IMG/VR virus record: IMGVR_UViG_3300014204_000112
Coordinates: 96,001-160,000 of that record
Source of the DNA: a virus
Taxonomy: Duplodnaviria; Caudoviricetes
Length of the DNA: 64,000 bases
Strand: one strand, 5' to 3'
In this document: positions 31,203 through 40,758 of the stretch, piece after piece
Layout of the letters: each line of letters begins with the position of its first letter
Position numbering within the stretch: position 1 is the stretch's first letter
The notes under the pieces: generated by a model
Databases searched by the model: none
Seen by the model: only the letters and a program-made list of their open reading frames with translations
What the model was told of the DNA's origin: nothing
Translations under genes and position numbers: made by a program

Positions 31203-31297
31203 GCTTCTTTATTTTTTATCTATACAACAGGTTAAGGAAAAAATTTCCACTTCCAGTAAATGCATTTAGAAATTTACACAAGTGATTCGAAGAAAGG

Positions 31298-31642
31298 TTA
31301 CAAGGGTCCCAATGAATTGGTGGGAAATTCGTAGCATGGAGTTTCTTTTTCCACCAACGTGCAGGCAGTTCCGGTAGGGCTTATGACGCCGTGGCAGTAA
31401 CCGTAGTACTCATAAACTATTTGACCTGCAAAGAAATCACGTGGAAGCCATGGACATTCTTCTTTGGTCACATCCCGAATAAGCAGGCGGGCGGATTCAA
31501 GGGTGGATGATGTATCTGATTCCTTGGATAGTTCCTTTATCTGGGCTGATAGTTCGTCAGACATATCGTGTGCCGGCGGGTTTCCATTTACTGATGGCCA
31601 AGGGTACGTAGGCTTCATCGTTGGGTTGTTTGGATCGTTCAT
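31298..31642 (-). CDS. hypothetical protein
   Basis: 114 aa; TAAATA upstream. Confidence 0.6.
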   Translation of the reverse strand: MNDPNNPTMKPTYPWPSVNGNPPAHDMSDELSAQIKELSKESDTSSTLESARLLIRDVTKEECPWLPRDFFAGQIVYEYYGYCHGVISPTGTACTLVEKETPCYEFPTNSLGPL

Positions 31643-31662
31643 GGTGTTATTTATTTGGGTTG

Positions 31663-31742
31663 TGCCCAGAACAGGAATCGAACCTGCACTCTTTCGAACT
31701 GGTTCCTAAAACCAGCGTGTCTACCAATTTCACCATCTGGGC
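31663..31742 (-). tRNA. tRNA-Leu(UAG)
   Basis: Cloverleaf; CTGGT-TTTAGGA-ACCAG. Confidence 0.85.
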
Positions 31743-31775
31743 AAAAAACAAGCGGAGATTGCTCTCCACTTGTCT
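31743..31775 (-). terminator. intrinsic terminator after VWA gene
   Basis: ACAAGTGGAG/CTCCGCTTGT hairpin plus U tract. Confidence 0.6.
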
Positions 31776-31792
31776 GTAGTTCCAGTTAAGGA

Positions 31793-33955
31793 TTAAACAA
31801 GTTCGGCTTTTTCGGTCATCTCGAACGTGAAGTCTAGAGGAGTACCGTCAAGCACCAGGCTGAGAGTGTTTTCGTCGAACGATTTGAATTCGGTGAACCA
31901 CTTTTTGGAAAGGATCAGCGAGAACTTGATCTTTGCGATTTCCTTCAGAACATTGCGGCGTGCTTTGTTCAAGTCGTCGGATTTCTTTGTGATGTAGTTC
32001 TGCAGAACCTTTGTCTGCTCTTCAGCCGGCAAGGTAGTGAAGATAGGAGACTGAAGCTGCTGGTTGTACTCGTCGATTGCTACGGCGAGAAGTTCTTCCG
32101 ACACTTTCAGCGGGGTACCTTTTGCAATCTTGGCGATGACATCCTCGACCTTCGGTAAGGAAGAGAGGCCTTTCACCTTGGTGAAGAGGTTGACCGACAT
32201 GTAGAAGTCAGTTGATTCATCAGCGGTGGTCTTCGGCGAGAAACCGTTGTAGTCAGTGATACCGTTTGCTTTCAGCCATTCAGCTGCTTCGGCACCGTAG
32301 GTTTCTGCATAGGATTTGCTTTCTTTCGGGAAGAGAGCTTTACGGTAGTAATCGTAAACTTTTTTCTTTCCCTGGAGTTTCAGAAGTTCCCATTCCTGAC
32401 GGGCCAGATCGTTTGCCGAGATGGCTTTGATCATTGACCGGTTGATGAGAGGCAGGCTGCCAAGGTCGAGGATGATGTAGTCTTCTTCGATTTCAGCTTT
32501 GATGCCTTTGCTCAGGAGCAGGTTGTACAAGTTCTCGGTGTAATTGACCGGGAGTTCGATGATGTTAAGGATACCGTCCTTGATGAGGGTGAATGCCCTG
32601 AATTTGAAGGAAGGAACCTCAGTGATGTTGTGCTCGTTGACAGGGAGTTCCACCTTACCGTAGATACGGCAAAGTACCGAAAGGTTTGCACGGTGTTCGT
32701 TCCATACGAGGCTGGTGAGAGAGTAACCACGGTTGGGGTCGGTGTCGATGAATTTTGCATCTATCTGTTCCGGTTCGCCGCTTTCGTTTACAGCGATTTC
32801 GCGCTTACGACCGATACGGTTGTAATTGAATCGATCGTGGCTAGGATAGAACTTGTTGTCCATCTCGCCGAGATCGTTGATGAGGTCCATGACGCAATAT
32901 GCATTGTCGTCGACTGGCTGGATTGGGGCAGTTCCCTCAGGGAAGCGCTTTGCAACGTTTGCAACGCATTCGTTCATTGCGGCTTTGAAGGCATTCAGCT
33001 TCTGCTTACCGAAAGCGTTTGCGAGCATGCGGTAGTGGTACGGGTCCTGCAGAACGTAGAACAGCTTTTCAGCGTCTTCGTTCATGAGTTTGTCCGAAAG
33101 GACGTAGACTGCTGCGTACATCGAAGCGATGTCGAATCCACCGGCATCCGTGCCGAGAGGTTTCGTTGAGAAGTAATAGATCGTGTCAACATCCTCGCTG
33201 ACCAGGATCTTTCCGTCCTCGATTGTGTAAAGGATTACACCTCCCATAGGGGTTACCGAGTAAGCGAAATCGTAGAGGTCATTGTGAACATCAACGGTAA
33301 TTTTCTTTCCTCCGAACTGGCCGGTGGAAATTTTCTTGTCGAACATCGGCTCGTAATCGTCGAAATTACTGCAGCTGATTTTTTCACCGCCGATAAGACC
33401 GGCCATTTCGGTGAGGCGTTTGGAGTCGGCATAGTAACCGTACTCAACAAAGGTTGTGGCAGCGAAATCGCTTTCCATTCCCTTGAGAGTCTTTACTACT
33501 TCCGGCCACGGACAGTCATTGTTGTAACCGTCGGTAAGGAAGATGAGCGAATTAACGCTGTTCGGCCTGTTTTTCTGGATGCGGCTGACTGCTTCTTTAG
33601 CCAACTGCAACGGTTTCAGGAACGCGGTAAGGCCTACCGGTTTCAACCACTGGTCAATAGCTTTGTGAAGGGCATCGAGAGTCTTGAGAGACTTTACTTC
33701 GACTTCCTCAACGAGGATACCGGCCTGGCTGCTTCCAGAGAACCAAATAATTGTAATCGTGTCTCCCGGGTTCATGATGTGGGAGAGCTTGTTCTTAAGC
33801 TGAGTACGAATGAACTGTAACTGGCTATACATTGAGCCGGAGACGTCAACGATCAATACGTGATTGGTCGGTTTGGTCACATTTACAGCAACTCGCCTGT
33901 CGCTAACTTGCTGAGAAATCAGGTGAAACCCCTGATCGATTTTTGTGTACTGCAT
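31793..33955 (-). CDS. VWA-domain protein
   Basis: DVSGSM MIDAS, IFLTDG. Confidence 0.85.
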   Translation of the reverse strand: MQYTKIDQGFHLISQQVSDRRVAVNVTKPTNHVLIVDVSGSMYSQLQFIRTQLKNKLSHIMNPGDTITIIWFSGSSQAGILVEEVEVKSLKTLDALHKAIDQWLKPVGLTAFLKPLQLAKEAVSRIQKNRPNSVNSLIFLTDGYNNDCPWPEVVKTLKGMESDFAATTFVEYGYYADSKRLTEMAGLIGGEKISCSNFDDYEPMFDKKISTGQFGGKKITVDVHNDLYDFAYSVTPMGGVILYTIEDGKILVSEDVDTIYYFSTKPLGTDAGGFDIASMYAAVYVLSDKLMNEDAEKLFYVLQDPYHYRMLANAFGKQKLNAFKAAMNECVANVAKRFPEGTAPIQPVDDNAYCVMDLINDLGEMDNKFYPSHDRFNYNRIGRKREIAVNESGEPEQIDAKFIDTDPNRGYSLTSLVWNEHRANLSVLCRIYGKVELPVNEHNITEVPSFKFRAFTLIKDGILNIIELPVNYTENLYNLLLSKGIKAEIEEDYIILDLGSLPLINRSMIKAISANDLARQEWELLKLQGKKKVYDYYRKALFPKESKSYAETYGAEAAEWLKANGITDYNGFSPKTTADESTDFYMSVNLFTKVKGLSSLPKVEDVIAKIAKGTPLKVSEELLAVAIDEYNQQLQSPIFTTLPAEEQTKVLQNYITKKSDDLNKARRNVLKEIAKIKFSLILSKKWFTEFKSFDENTLSLVLDGTPLDFTFEMTEKAELV

Positions 33956-33981
33956 AAGAATTAGATTTTTAGGTTATTATA

Positions 33982-34287
33982 CTACTTAGAATGATTAAGG
34001 TTCACGGAAGGTGAATATATGAGGTTAATAGTTTCCCCGGAAATGCGCACTTCCAGGACGCTCCCGTAACCATCGTCTGGCGGTGGTTGGCAGTCGTCCT
34101 GGAAGTGCTTGATTACTGGTCCATCGTCCTCGATCGAACTTAGTGGCGGAGGTATAAGAGGTTCGGTTCTTTCGAGGACCTTTATAATAGCATACCCTTC
34201 CATCAGTTGAATGATCGGTTCTTCGAACATTCCCATTACTGAACCTTCGGTCTTGGCATGCGTTTTGAAGTATGCTTTTGCGTTCAT
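33982..34287 (-). CDS. hypothetical protein
   Basis: 101 aa. Confidence 0.5.
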   Translation of the reverse strand: MNAKAYFKTHAKTEGSVMGMFEEPIIQLMEGYAIIKVLERTEPLIPPPLSSIEDDGPVIKHFQDDCQPPPDDGYGSVLEVRISGETINLIYSPSVNLNHSK

Positions 34288-34592
34288 CAGTCTGCTATCT
34301 GAAGTCCCTTGTAGTTAGTTTCCCACTCGGCATAAGGAATCCATTTTACCGGTCGTTGGATTTTCCTTTTCTTTTCGAGTCGATCTTTTTCTTCTTCCTC
34401 GTTCAGGACTCCAATGAGGATGTTTCCATTTTCGTCCTTAGCGATGGCTATCATTCCGCAGCCTTCACACAAAACTGCGGTGTAGTGTCCGGGTTCCATG
34501 TCATCGGCTATTTTTTGAATGTCAATGTCCGGCGGTAACTCAGTACCCCACATTTCAATTGCGCATTTTGTACAGAAATCTGCCATTTTCAT
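34287..34592 (-). CDS. hypothetical protein
   Basis: MADFCTKC...LCEGCG. Confidence 0.65.
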   Translation of the reverse strand: MKMADFCTKCAIEMWGTELPPDIDIQKIADDMEPGHYTAVLCEGCGMIAIAKDENGNILIGVLNEEEEKDRLEKKRKIQRPVKWIPYAEWETNYKGLQIAD

Positions 34593-34601
34593 AAAGTTAT
34601 T

Positions 34602-34850
34602 TTAGGGTCGGCCAATTGACCATTGTAATTTGTCTGGCCACTGCCAATCGAAGGCAGTCAATCGAGAAGGTTCATTGATACATATTTCGTAAGATAAAAC
34701 TCCGTCAGTTTGCATCACTTCGCATACGAAACGAACGTGTCCATGAATCCAGAAAATGTTTTTTACTGCGATTTTGACGTAAGTTCCCGGTCTTCGATCT
34801 TCTTGGAATGTTTTTTGGCATAGCACTGAATGTATCAGTAATCGTCGCAA
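34602..34850 (-). CDS. hypothetical protein
   Basis: 82 aa. Confidence 0.45.
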   Translation of the reverse strand: MRRLLIHSVLCQKTFQEDRRPGTYVKIAVKNIFWIHGHVRFVCEVMQTDGVLSYEICINEPSRLTAFDWQWPDKLQWSIGRP

Positions 34851-35148
34851 TGTGCATGTCCAGGTTTAGCTTTGGTTATGAAAATACAATCAACATATCG
34901 AACCACGTTGTATTTCTTTTTCGATTGCCATTATCGTATGGTGTCGCCGATACTATACTTACCCACCGAATCTATGAATTCGACCTGCATGCCATTGCTA
35001 CTGGAATACAAGTAGTCGATCATTCCTGGCTTGAATTTAATATCTTGGCGACGACCCTTAGAAATAATAATGTACGGTTTCTCCGGGTTCTTTTGCTGTA
35101 ATATTTCTGCGCAACTCGATAGAGCGACGATAAGTAATAAAAGGCTGG

Positions 35149-35658
35149 CTAATTTTTGTATTGTCTCATTATTTCTCTAGAATATCCGTTTATGACAGGT
35201 TTTCCGGTGTTATAGTACCCAAGAGCTACGTCCCAACGTCCGGATATTTTGTAAAGGTACTGCATTATCTTCATTGAGGTTTCCACGTTGAACTCCAGAT
35301 CGGTCAGGAGTTCCTTTGACGTGACTTTCCTTTTCCAGATGAATGTCGCAGTTGGCGCTTGTATCTGCATCGCTCCGTACGCTAAAGCGCTTGACGTGAG
35401 TTTCGGATCGTACGACCAGTGGAATGGACCACGGTACTCACTTTCGCTCTTCGCTATTCCGTATGCAATTTGAAATGGGACTCCGTATTTTTCTGAGTAC
35501 TTAATGAGATAATCGTATAGTCTGACGCACGGAGGTCCCTGTTCAACTTTGATTTCGGAATGGTCGATGAAATCTCCCTTATCCTTGAAGTGTTCGTAGG
35601 ACCAAACTGCTCCCAAAAACGCGACAAGGATGAGCAGTATTGTCATCCTTATCCGCAT
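35149..35658 (-). CDS. lytic transglycosylase (SLT) with N-terminal signal/anchor
   Basis: IAKSES catalytic Glu, AYGAMQI, ALGYYNTG. Confidence 0.85.
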   Translation of the reverse strand: MRIRMTILLILVAFLGAVWSYEHFKDKGDFIDHSEIKVEQGPPCVRLYDYLIKYSEKYGVPFQIAYGIAKSESEYRGPFHWSYDPKLTSSALAYGAMQIQAPTATFIWKRKVTSKELLTDLEFNVETSMKIMQYLYKISGRWDVALGYYNTGKPVINGYSREIMRQYKN

Positions 35659-35660
35659 GA

Positions 35661-36047
35661 TTACTTAACAACTTTGGTTATTATTGGTACAGGAGCAGGG
35701 TTAACTACTTGATTGTACTTGGTTTGGGCATACATGTTGAAGATTGCCAAGCCTACCGAATCCTGGTAAACTGTGTAGTCTCCGGTTGCCCGATTGAGGA
35801 GAAGGAGTTCATTCCTTTCGCTGATTGCGATAGAAGTGGTTTGGATCGTTCTGATCTCCTTCATTGGAGAACGATGAGCAGTTTTGTCGATGAAGACGAA
35901 GTAGTAATAGCCGATGAAAAAGCCGGCGACAAGGGCAACTGCAATGAGTAGAATGTTCCCGAGGTGTTTAAAAAAGGTAACGGTTTTTTTCCACCAATCC
36001 TTAACCACAACAACTTCGTGGTCGATCAATTCTTTAGCACTTTCCAT
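35661..36047 (-). CDS. membrane protein upstream of SLT
   Basis: Single transmembrane helix. Confidence 0.65.
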   Translation of the reverse strand: MESAKELIDHEVVVVKDWWKKTVTFFKHLGNILLIAVALVAGFFIGYYYFVFIDKTAHRSPMKEIRTIQTTSIAISERNELLLLNRATGDYTVYQDSVGLAIFNMYAQTKYNQVVNPAPVPIITKVVK

Positions 36048-36372
36048 TTCTAATCTTTTTAAGCGTTTCCTCTGGAAGCATTTGGATTGCGACTTCGACG
36101 ATTGTCCTGAAGTCTTCAGGTTTCAACACTAAGAGCTTGATTTCGAACTCAGTAGTGTTGAAATTCTGTCCAGGTTTCTTTGTCAAAGCAGACCGATTCT
36201 GGTTCAGGATCTGCGAAGACAATTCGCCCACCATGTGGCGAACTATTATGTTTTCGGTTACCTGCAGGTCATCATGTACTATCATCTTGCATTTGTGGAG
36301 TGATTGACCCAATTTGAATTGACGAAATAACGTCATCATTTCGCTAGCGTAAGAATCATGTTCAAAGTCCAT
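36034..36372 (-). CDS. hypothetical protein
   Basis: 112 aa. Confidence 0.6.
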   Translation of the reverse strand: MDFEHDSYASEMMTLFRQFKLGQSLHKCKMIVHDDLQVTENIIVRHMVGELSSQILNQNRSALTKKPGQNFNTTEFEIKLLVLKPEDFRTIVEVAIQMLPEETLKKIRNGKC

Positions 36373-36464
36373 TAGTTTCGTGGTTTAGAAGGATTATTAT
36401 ACTCAAAAAACGGCAAAACGGTCTAGCTAAGTACGACATGATAATTACTTTATGCTATTTATCG

Positions 36465-38333
36465 TTACTTTGCAAGGAACTCCTGCCTAAAGACCAATCG
36501 CTTGCTCGAACTCTCTTCAAGTTCTATCAAGTACCTGGTTCCCTTTGTTAATGTCGCGTCCCAGATGTAGAAAAATTGGGTGGTGAATATCTGCCAAGGA
36601 AATTCGAAAACTAAATTTCCATCCTGATCGAACATTTTCACGATGACAGTAGGATCGAATTTTTTATCTCGAATGAACGAATTCTTGGTGAGGATGACAT
36701 CCTTTCCGTCGTACTTCACCAATAGATCTTCCTGATCGAGAACGGTCTGAGAGTACAGCTTATCAATCTGTTGCCAATCGTGCGGAGTCTTGTAACCATG
36801 GAATATGTAAACGTCCCTGTCAGTTTTTGGAACTCTAGCTAGAATTGAAATATCTGTGTAATTGTAACTGTAGTTCGATATTCGGTTCAAATCTATCGTG
36901 GAACCTTCCTCTATGTCAACCACAGGAAGGGATTTTTCTAACTTGTACTTCGATAGGATGACGTTCAGCGTGTCCTCGTCGTGAAACTTGAATATGCATC
37001 GACGCTTTGAGTCCTTGTGCTGGTAATAAATGTCCATTTGCTCTTGAAAAAACCATGCTGATCTCGCATCGTACATCATTACATTGCACTTACGCCTTGG
37101 AAAGACAGTGATGTCAACACCGATCTCTTCTCCCAACGAATGCAGAGAACTGATGAGTTCGCCACCATCGTGCGCATAAATGACATCGTGAACGTGAGAA
37201 TTTACCAAAGGATAATGTTCCAGGTCCTTAAAGTACTTAGCTACTCCGTCGATGTTTGCAGTCGCGTAAATATCAGTATCGAGAAAGATGAATTTTTTGT
37301 CAGGGTATGCTTTTATGGAATCGAGATTTATTAGGCCCTTTGACGTTATCGTCATGAAGCTTCTCTTGCGTTCGTCCATCCAATCTCCTTCAGTTCCGAT
37401 GTCGATCCTACGAATTATGAACTGATCGGACAGAGTATGTTCGAACTTTGATGTGTAATTCACGGTGTAGAGCAAGCACTTACGCTTTGAAAATTTGGAA
37501 AGTGATTGAATGAAAGTCTTGACGATAGGTTCGTAAGATTCGGTGAAGTACGTGACCCATAAAAAGTCGTCTTCGTACTCGAATTTCCTGCTAGCAACTA
37601 TTGTGTTGCCTTTTCTCTCGAACTTGGTGAGATCCTTTCGATAGAAATGATGGAGCAATTTTTCCTTGCCTTCAATGTACAATTTTCCGCCTGACCAAGT
37701 TGCATCGAAAAGAATTTTCCAGCTTTCCGAATTCATATTTCCTGCTCCAAATATGATCTTGTACGATATTCCCAATTTTCGAAGGAGTTCTGTGAACTTG
37801 CGTTCGTCGTACTCGGCATACTCTTCCACTTTCATTGTCTCGTAAAACACAGGATCTTTGACGTAAGCTTGAGTCACCCTAGGAATGTTTCGTATGAAAG
37901 TCAATGGACCAGAAAGCCTATTGTAAATGTGTCCGTCCTCGCCAAAAGAAATAGCATCGAAATTATTGAAGTACGGAAGCACCCAGGAAATAACATCGCC
38001 CAATAGCGTATCGATGTCGTACCAACCTATGTACTCGTAACCGACCAGGTACTCAGAAAAAATGTCACCATACGCGGGCTTAACGTCACAGAACTTGTAA
38101 TTGTTCTTAATGACGAGTTCTTTGCCGGTCTTATCGAGCAATCTCTTTTGGATCGCTTCAACCGACATCGGTATGAACTTAACGTTTGGCGAATTGAATT
38201 TCGCGTCAACTTCTTGATCGGTGAATACGTAGAAATCTATGTTCTGGTTGACGCAGGTATCGTAATGATACTGAAAGTAATCTGGTAACTTTCCAAGCCA
38301 TACTTGGATGAGAGCTATCGGTTTTTTGACCAT
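36465..38333 (-). CDS. two-domain glycosyltransferase-like protein (DUF6625-like plus GT-A)
   Basis: WLGKLPDYF, YKFCDVKPAYG, YDID and second LDTD DxD motif, HDEDTLN. Confidence 0.7.
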   Translation of the reverse strand: MVKKPIALIQVWLGKLPDYFQYHYDTCVNQNIDFYVFTDQEVDAKFNSPNVKFIPMSVEAIQKRLLDKTGKELVIKNNYKFCDVKPAYGDIFSEYLVGYEYIGWYDIDTLLGDVISWVLPYFNNFDAISFGEDGHIYNRLSGPLTFIRNIPRVTQAYVKDPVFYETMKVEEYAEYDERKFTELLRKLGISYKIIFGAGNMNSESWKILFDATWSGGKLYIEGKEKLLHHFYRKDLTKFERKGNTIVASRKFEYEDDFLWVTYFTESYEPIVKTFIQSLSKFSKRKCLLYTVNYTSKFEHTLSDQFIIRRIDIGTEGDWMDERKRSFMTITSKGLINLDSIKAYPDKKFIFLDTDIYATANIDGVAKYFKDLEHYPLVNSHVHDVIYAHDGGELISSLHSLGEEIGVDITVFPRRKCNVMMYDARSAWFFQEQMDIYYQHKDSKRRCIFKFHDEDTLNVILSKYKLEKSLPVVDIEEGSTIDLNRISNYSYNYTDISILARVPKTDRDVYIFHGYKTPHDWQQIDKLYSQTVLDQEDLLVKYDGKDVILTKNSFIRDKKFDPTVIVKMFDQDGNLVFEFPWQIFTTQFFYIWDATLTKGTRYLIELEESSSKRLVFRQEFLAK

Positions 38334-38513
38334 CCGGCTAACTTTTTCTTCTTATACTATGGACAGAAACAAAAGTTAGTCGGCTGATCAAATTTACCGG
38401 ATGATTATGCAATGTTGGTTGCCGAAAGAGTTACTGCAACTGGAACAGCTGTGTAAGTAGGAGTGGTGAAAGTGTAAGGTCAGCCACCGAACCTGGGTGA
38501 TAAAAAAAATTTG

Positions 38514-38586
38514 AGAGTCCTGTGGGGCTCGAACCCACGACCACGGTTTTAGAGACCGCTGCTCTAACCACTAAAGCTAAGGACTC
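38514..38586 (-). tRNA. amber suppressor tRNA (anticodon CUA)
   Basis: GAGTCCT/AGGACTC acceptor; GCGGT-CTCTAAA-ACCGT; GTTCGAG T loop. Confidence 0.85.
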
Positions 38587-38593
38587 GTTAGCC

Positions 38594-38998
38594 TTATTTT
38601 ACTTCAACCTTCTTTAGAAAGGCCAAGCAGGTCCGATATGCGGATTCCAGTCCGGCCCTGTCGTCGAGAAGGATGCTGTAGAAAATCTTTGGACTTGAAG
38701 AATGAAAGAAATGTGGATTTTGATTGATCGCATTAAATGGGATCAGGTTCTCCCTGAGATAATCCTCAATGAAGCTATATCTTTCTTTAGCCGTTCCTGT
38801 CCAAACCACCAGGCTTATTCCTTTCACCTTCGAGAGACGCCGGATCAGATCAATCACTCGGTAATAAGTTTCTCCCTTTTTGTGATAGTCATAGACGGTA
38901 TTGTCGAAGTCAAAAGCTACGACCAAGCCACCATGTTCTTTGTATTCCCTGAGCAATCTCTCGAGAACTACTTCTTGGTGCAAATATGGATCTTTCAT
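38594..38998 (-). CDS. HAD-like hydrolase
   Basis: VAFDFDNTV, VWT, ILLDDRAGL; likely start MKDPY. Confidence 0.7.
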   Translation of the reverse strand: MKDPYLHQEVVLERLLREYKEHGGLVVAFDFDNTVYDYHKKGETYYRVIDLIRRLSKVKGISLVVWTGTAKERYSFIEDYLRENLIPFNAINQNPHFFHSSSPKIFYSILLDDRAGLESAYRTCLAFLKKVEVK

Positions 38999-39015
38999 TG
39001 TTCTGGTTTTTTTGA

Positions 39016-39056
39016 GAAAAAAAATGGTCTCCCGCTCACAGGAGCGGGAGACCATT
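39016..39056 (-). terminator. intrinsic terminator
   Basis: AATGGTCTCCCGCT/AGCGGGAGACCATT hairpin plus U tract. Confidence 0.7.
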
Positions 39057-39278
39057 GAAGAGTTTTTTATCAGTTAGGCAAGCGATGGAAGTTGTTTCAT
39101 CATTGAGATCCGGTTCTTTGAAAACCGTGTAGTCCAAGTCTTTGTAGTGAATTTTAGTCTTCCATTTGTGTAGTGCTTCCGCGTCTCCGATGTTTAAGTA
39201 GACTAATGTTTGATTCATCCAATCATTGTTCGGATGGTCAAGCATCCATTGAGCGACTGCGTGTCCGGTCTGTACGGC
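39036..39278 (-). pseudogene. peptidyl-tRNA hydrolase (PTH2-like), N-terminally truncated
   Basis: AVQTGHAVAQWML...FKEPDLNDETTSIA preceded by an in-frame TAA. Confidence 0.55.
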
Positions 39279-39350
39279 TTACGCAGCATAATAAAAGTAC
39301 CTCAGTCATTTGATAGTATTTATCTATGGCTAAGGTACATTTTATTCCAG

Positions 39351-39423
39351 TAGCGGGAGTGAGATTCGAACTCACGTCATCGGCTTATGAGACCGATCTG
39401 GAACCGCTCCAGTCCATCCCGCG
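39351..39423 (-). tRNA. tRNA-Met(CAU), initiator-like
   Basis: TCGGT-CTCATAA-GCCGA; 1:72 mismatch. Confidence 0.8.
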
Positions 39424-39459
39424 ATATGAATTATTTATACTGCGAATCATATAATAGTT

Positions 39460-39930
39460 TTATATGATACGCTTCTCTCTTTTGTAGCGGTCTTTTTGTT
39501 TTTTCGATAACTTTTCTTTAGTTTCGTTCGATAGTTTATGACCTTTAAGACTGTTAGATACTGATAATCGATGGGTGTCTGATAATTTTCTACCTCTCAT
39601 TGAGTTAGAAAACTTTTCTATAGTTTCTTTGGTATGAGTTTTTCCCTTAAAGTGAGGGCCTCCTTCTCCACCAATTCCCTTATTATACGAGTTTTTATCA
39701 GCAACCAATTCCTCAGTTATTAGTTCCCTTTCTTTTAAGTTCATTTCATGCTCATTATCAAAGACGAAAAGGACTTCCTTTGTAAAAGAAGCCCTTCCGT
39801 ATTTTTTAATGGCAGCCTTAATTGCTGATCCTGAGCCTAAATAATCGTCGTTTGGATTTTCAGTCTGATGTTTTCCTAAATAGTACTTACCGTTAACTAT
39901 ATTTAACGTGCGATAAATTGTATAAACCAT
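39460..39930 (-). CDS. GIY-YIG homing endonuclease (Seg-like, NUMOD3)
   Basis: TIYRTLN...YYLGKH, YLGSG, SYNKGIGGEGG. Confidence 0.85.
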   Translation of the reverse strand: MVYTIYRTLNIVNGKYYLGKHQTENPNDDYLGSGSAIKAAIKKYGRASFTKEVLFVFDNEHEMNLKERELITEELVADKNSYNKGIGGEGGPHFKGKTHTKETIEKFSNSMRGRKLSDTHRLSVSNSLKGHKLSNETKEKLSKKQKDRYKREKRII

Positions 39931-39947
39931 TATCTGTTTACTTTTAT

Positions 39948-40412
39948 TTATCTTTTGCTAATGAGTGACTTACTAGCTGCTACTTCGTGAGATGAAATTA
40001 TGCCTTTGAATGCATCATCCTCTTTTTTGATTGCGTCGAACGCGAAAATTTTATCTATATGCACCGTTCCGTCCTCGTTCGCCCTTCCTGATGCTCGTGG
40101 CCGGAAAACCACTTGATCAAGCATTTCCTGTAGAGAATCTCCAGCTTTCGTCTTCAGTAGAGTTACGTCTCCAAAAACTTTAGCATTTTCGATTCTTACG
40201 TTCTTTACTGAGTGAGAAGCTTTTGACAACGAGATATCAAAGTACTCTGGATAACCAATCTCTCCGAATCCAACGCCAGTTCTATTCACTTTTTCGTTGT
40301 ACTCATTGATCTTCTCTCTCAAGTTCTCATTGTTCAGGTAAGTTCGGTCGTTCAGATTTTTCTCACCCAAGTACATGAGGGTCTTCGTGATAGTCGGTAA
40401 TGTTTCGTCCAT
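39948..40412 (-). CDS. prohead protease (gp21)-like paralog
   Basis: NLNDRTY, GEIGYP, ASHSV, FRPRASG. Confidence 0.55.
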   Translation of the reverse strand: MDETLPTITKTLMYLGEKNLNDRTYLNNENLREKINEYNEKVNRTGVGFGEIGYPEYFDISLSKASHSVKNVRIENAKVFGDVTLLKTKAGDSLQEMLDQVVFRPRASGRANEDGTVHIDKIFAFDAIKKEDDAFKGIISSHEVAASKSLISKR

Positions 40413-40444
40413 GTTTAAATTATATTCATAGCACGAAAAAAGTT

Positions 40445-40741
40445 TTACGAGTATCGGATTGTATCAACGACTTCATGAATTTGAGAGATAGCGATAACGT
40501 TCTGTTTTTCCAATTCAACAATGATCTTTTCAAGAATTTCCCAAGTATCGTCAATGAAGATGAAAATGTCGTACGAATACTGTTTTTCAGTACCTGCGAA
40601 TATTATTGGAGTTCCTGATCGTGATCTGCGAAATTGGCAAAAAATCACTCTTGATTTCTTTCCTTTTTTGATAGCTGCTATCCTGCGCTTAAGTTCGACC
40701 GCTTTTTTGTGCTCGTCTTTGAAATAATCTTTCTCTTCCAT
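40445..40741 (-). CDS. hypothetical protein
   Basis: 98 aa. Confidence 0.55.
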   Translation of the reverse strand: MEEKDYFKDEHKKAVELKRRIAAIKKGKKSRVIFCQFRRSRSGTPIIFAGTEKQYSYDIFIFIDDTWEILEKIIVELEKQNVIAISQIHEVVDTIRYS

Positions 40742-40758
40742 TTTGATTTTTTTTAAGG

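Noticed and set aside
17516-33820. Long antisense ORFs inside ClpC and VWA genes
   Set aside because: Shadow frames of codon-biased genes with no motifs.
38405-38480. Additional Y-like RNA (contains GAAAGAGTTAC)
   Set aside because: Partner strand absent; reads as an orphan gene tail (PYTFTTPTYTAVPVAVTLSATNIA*).
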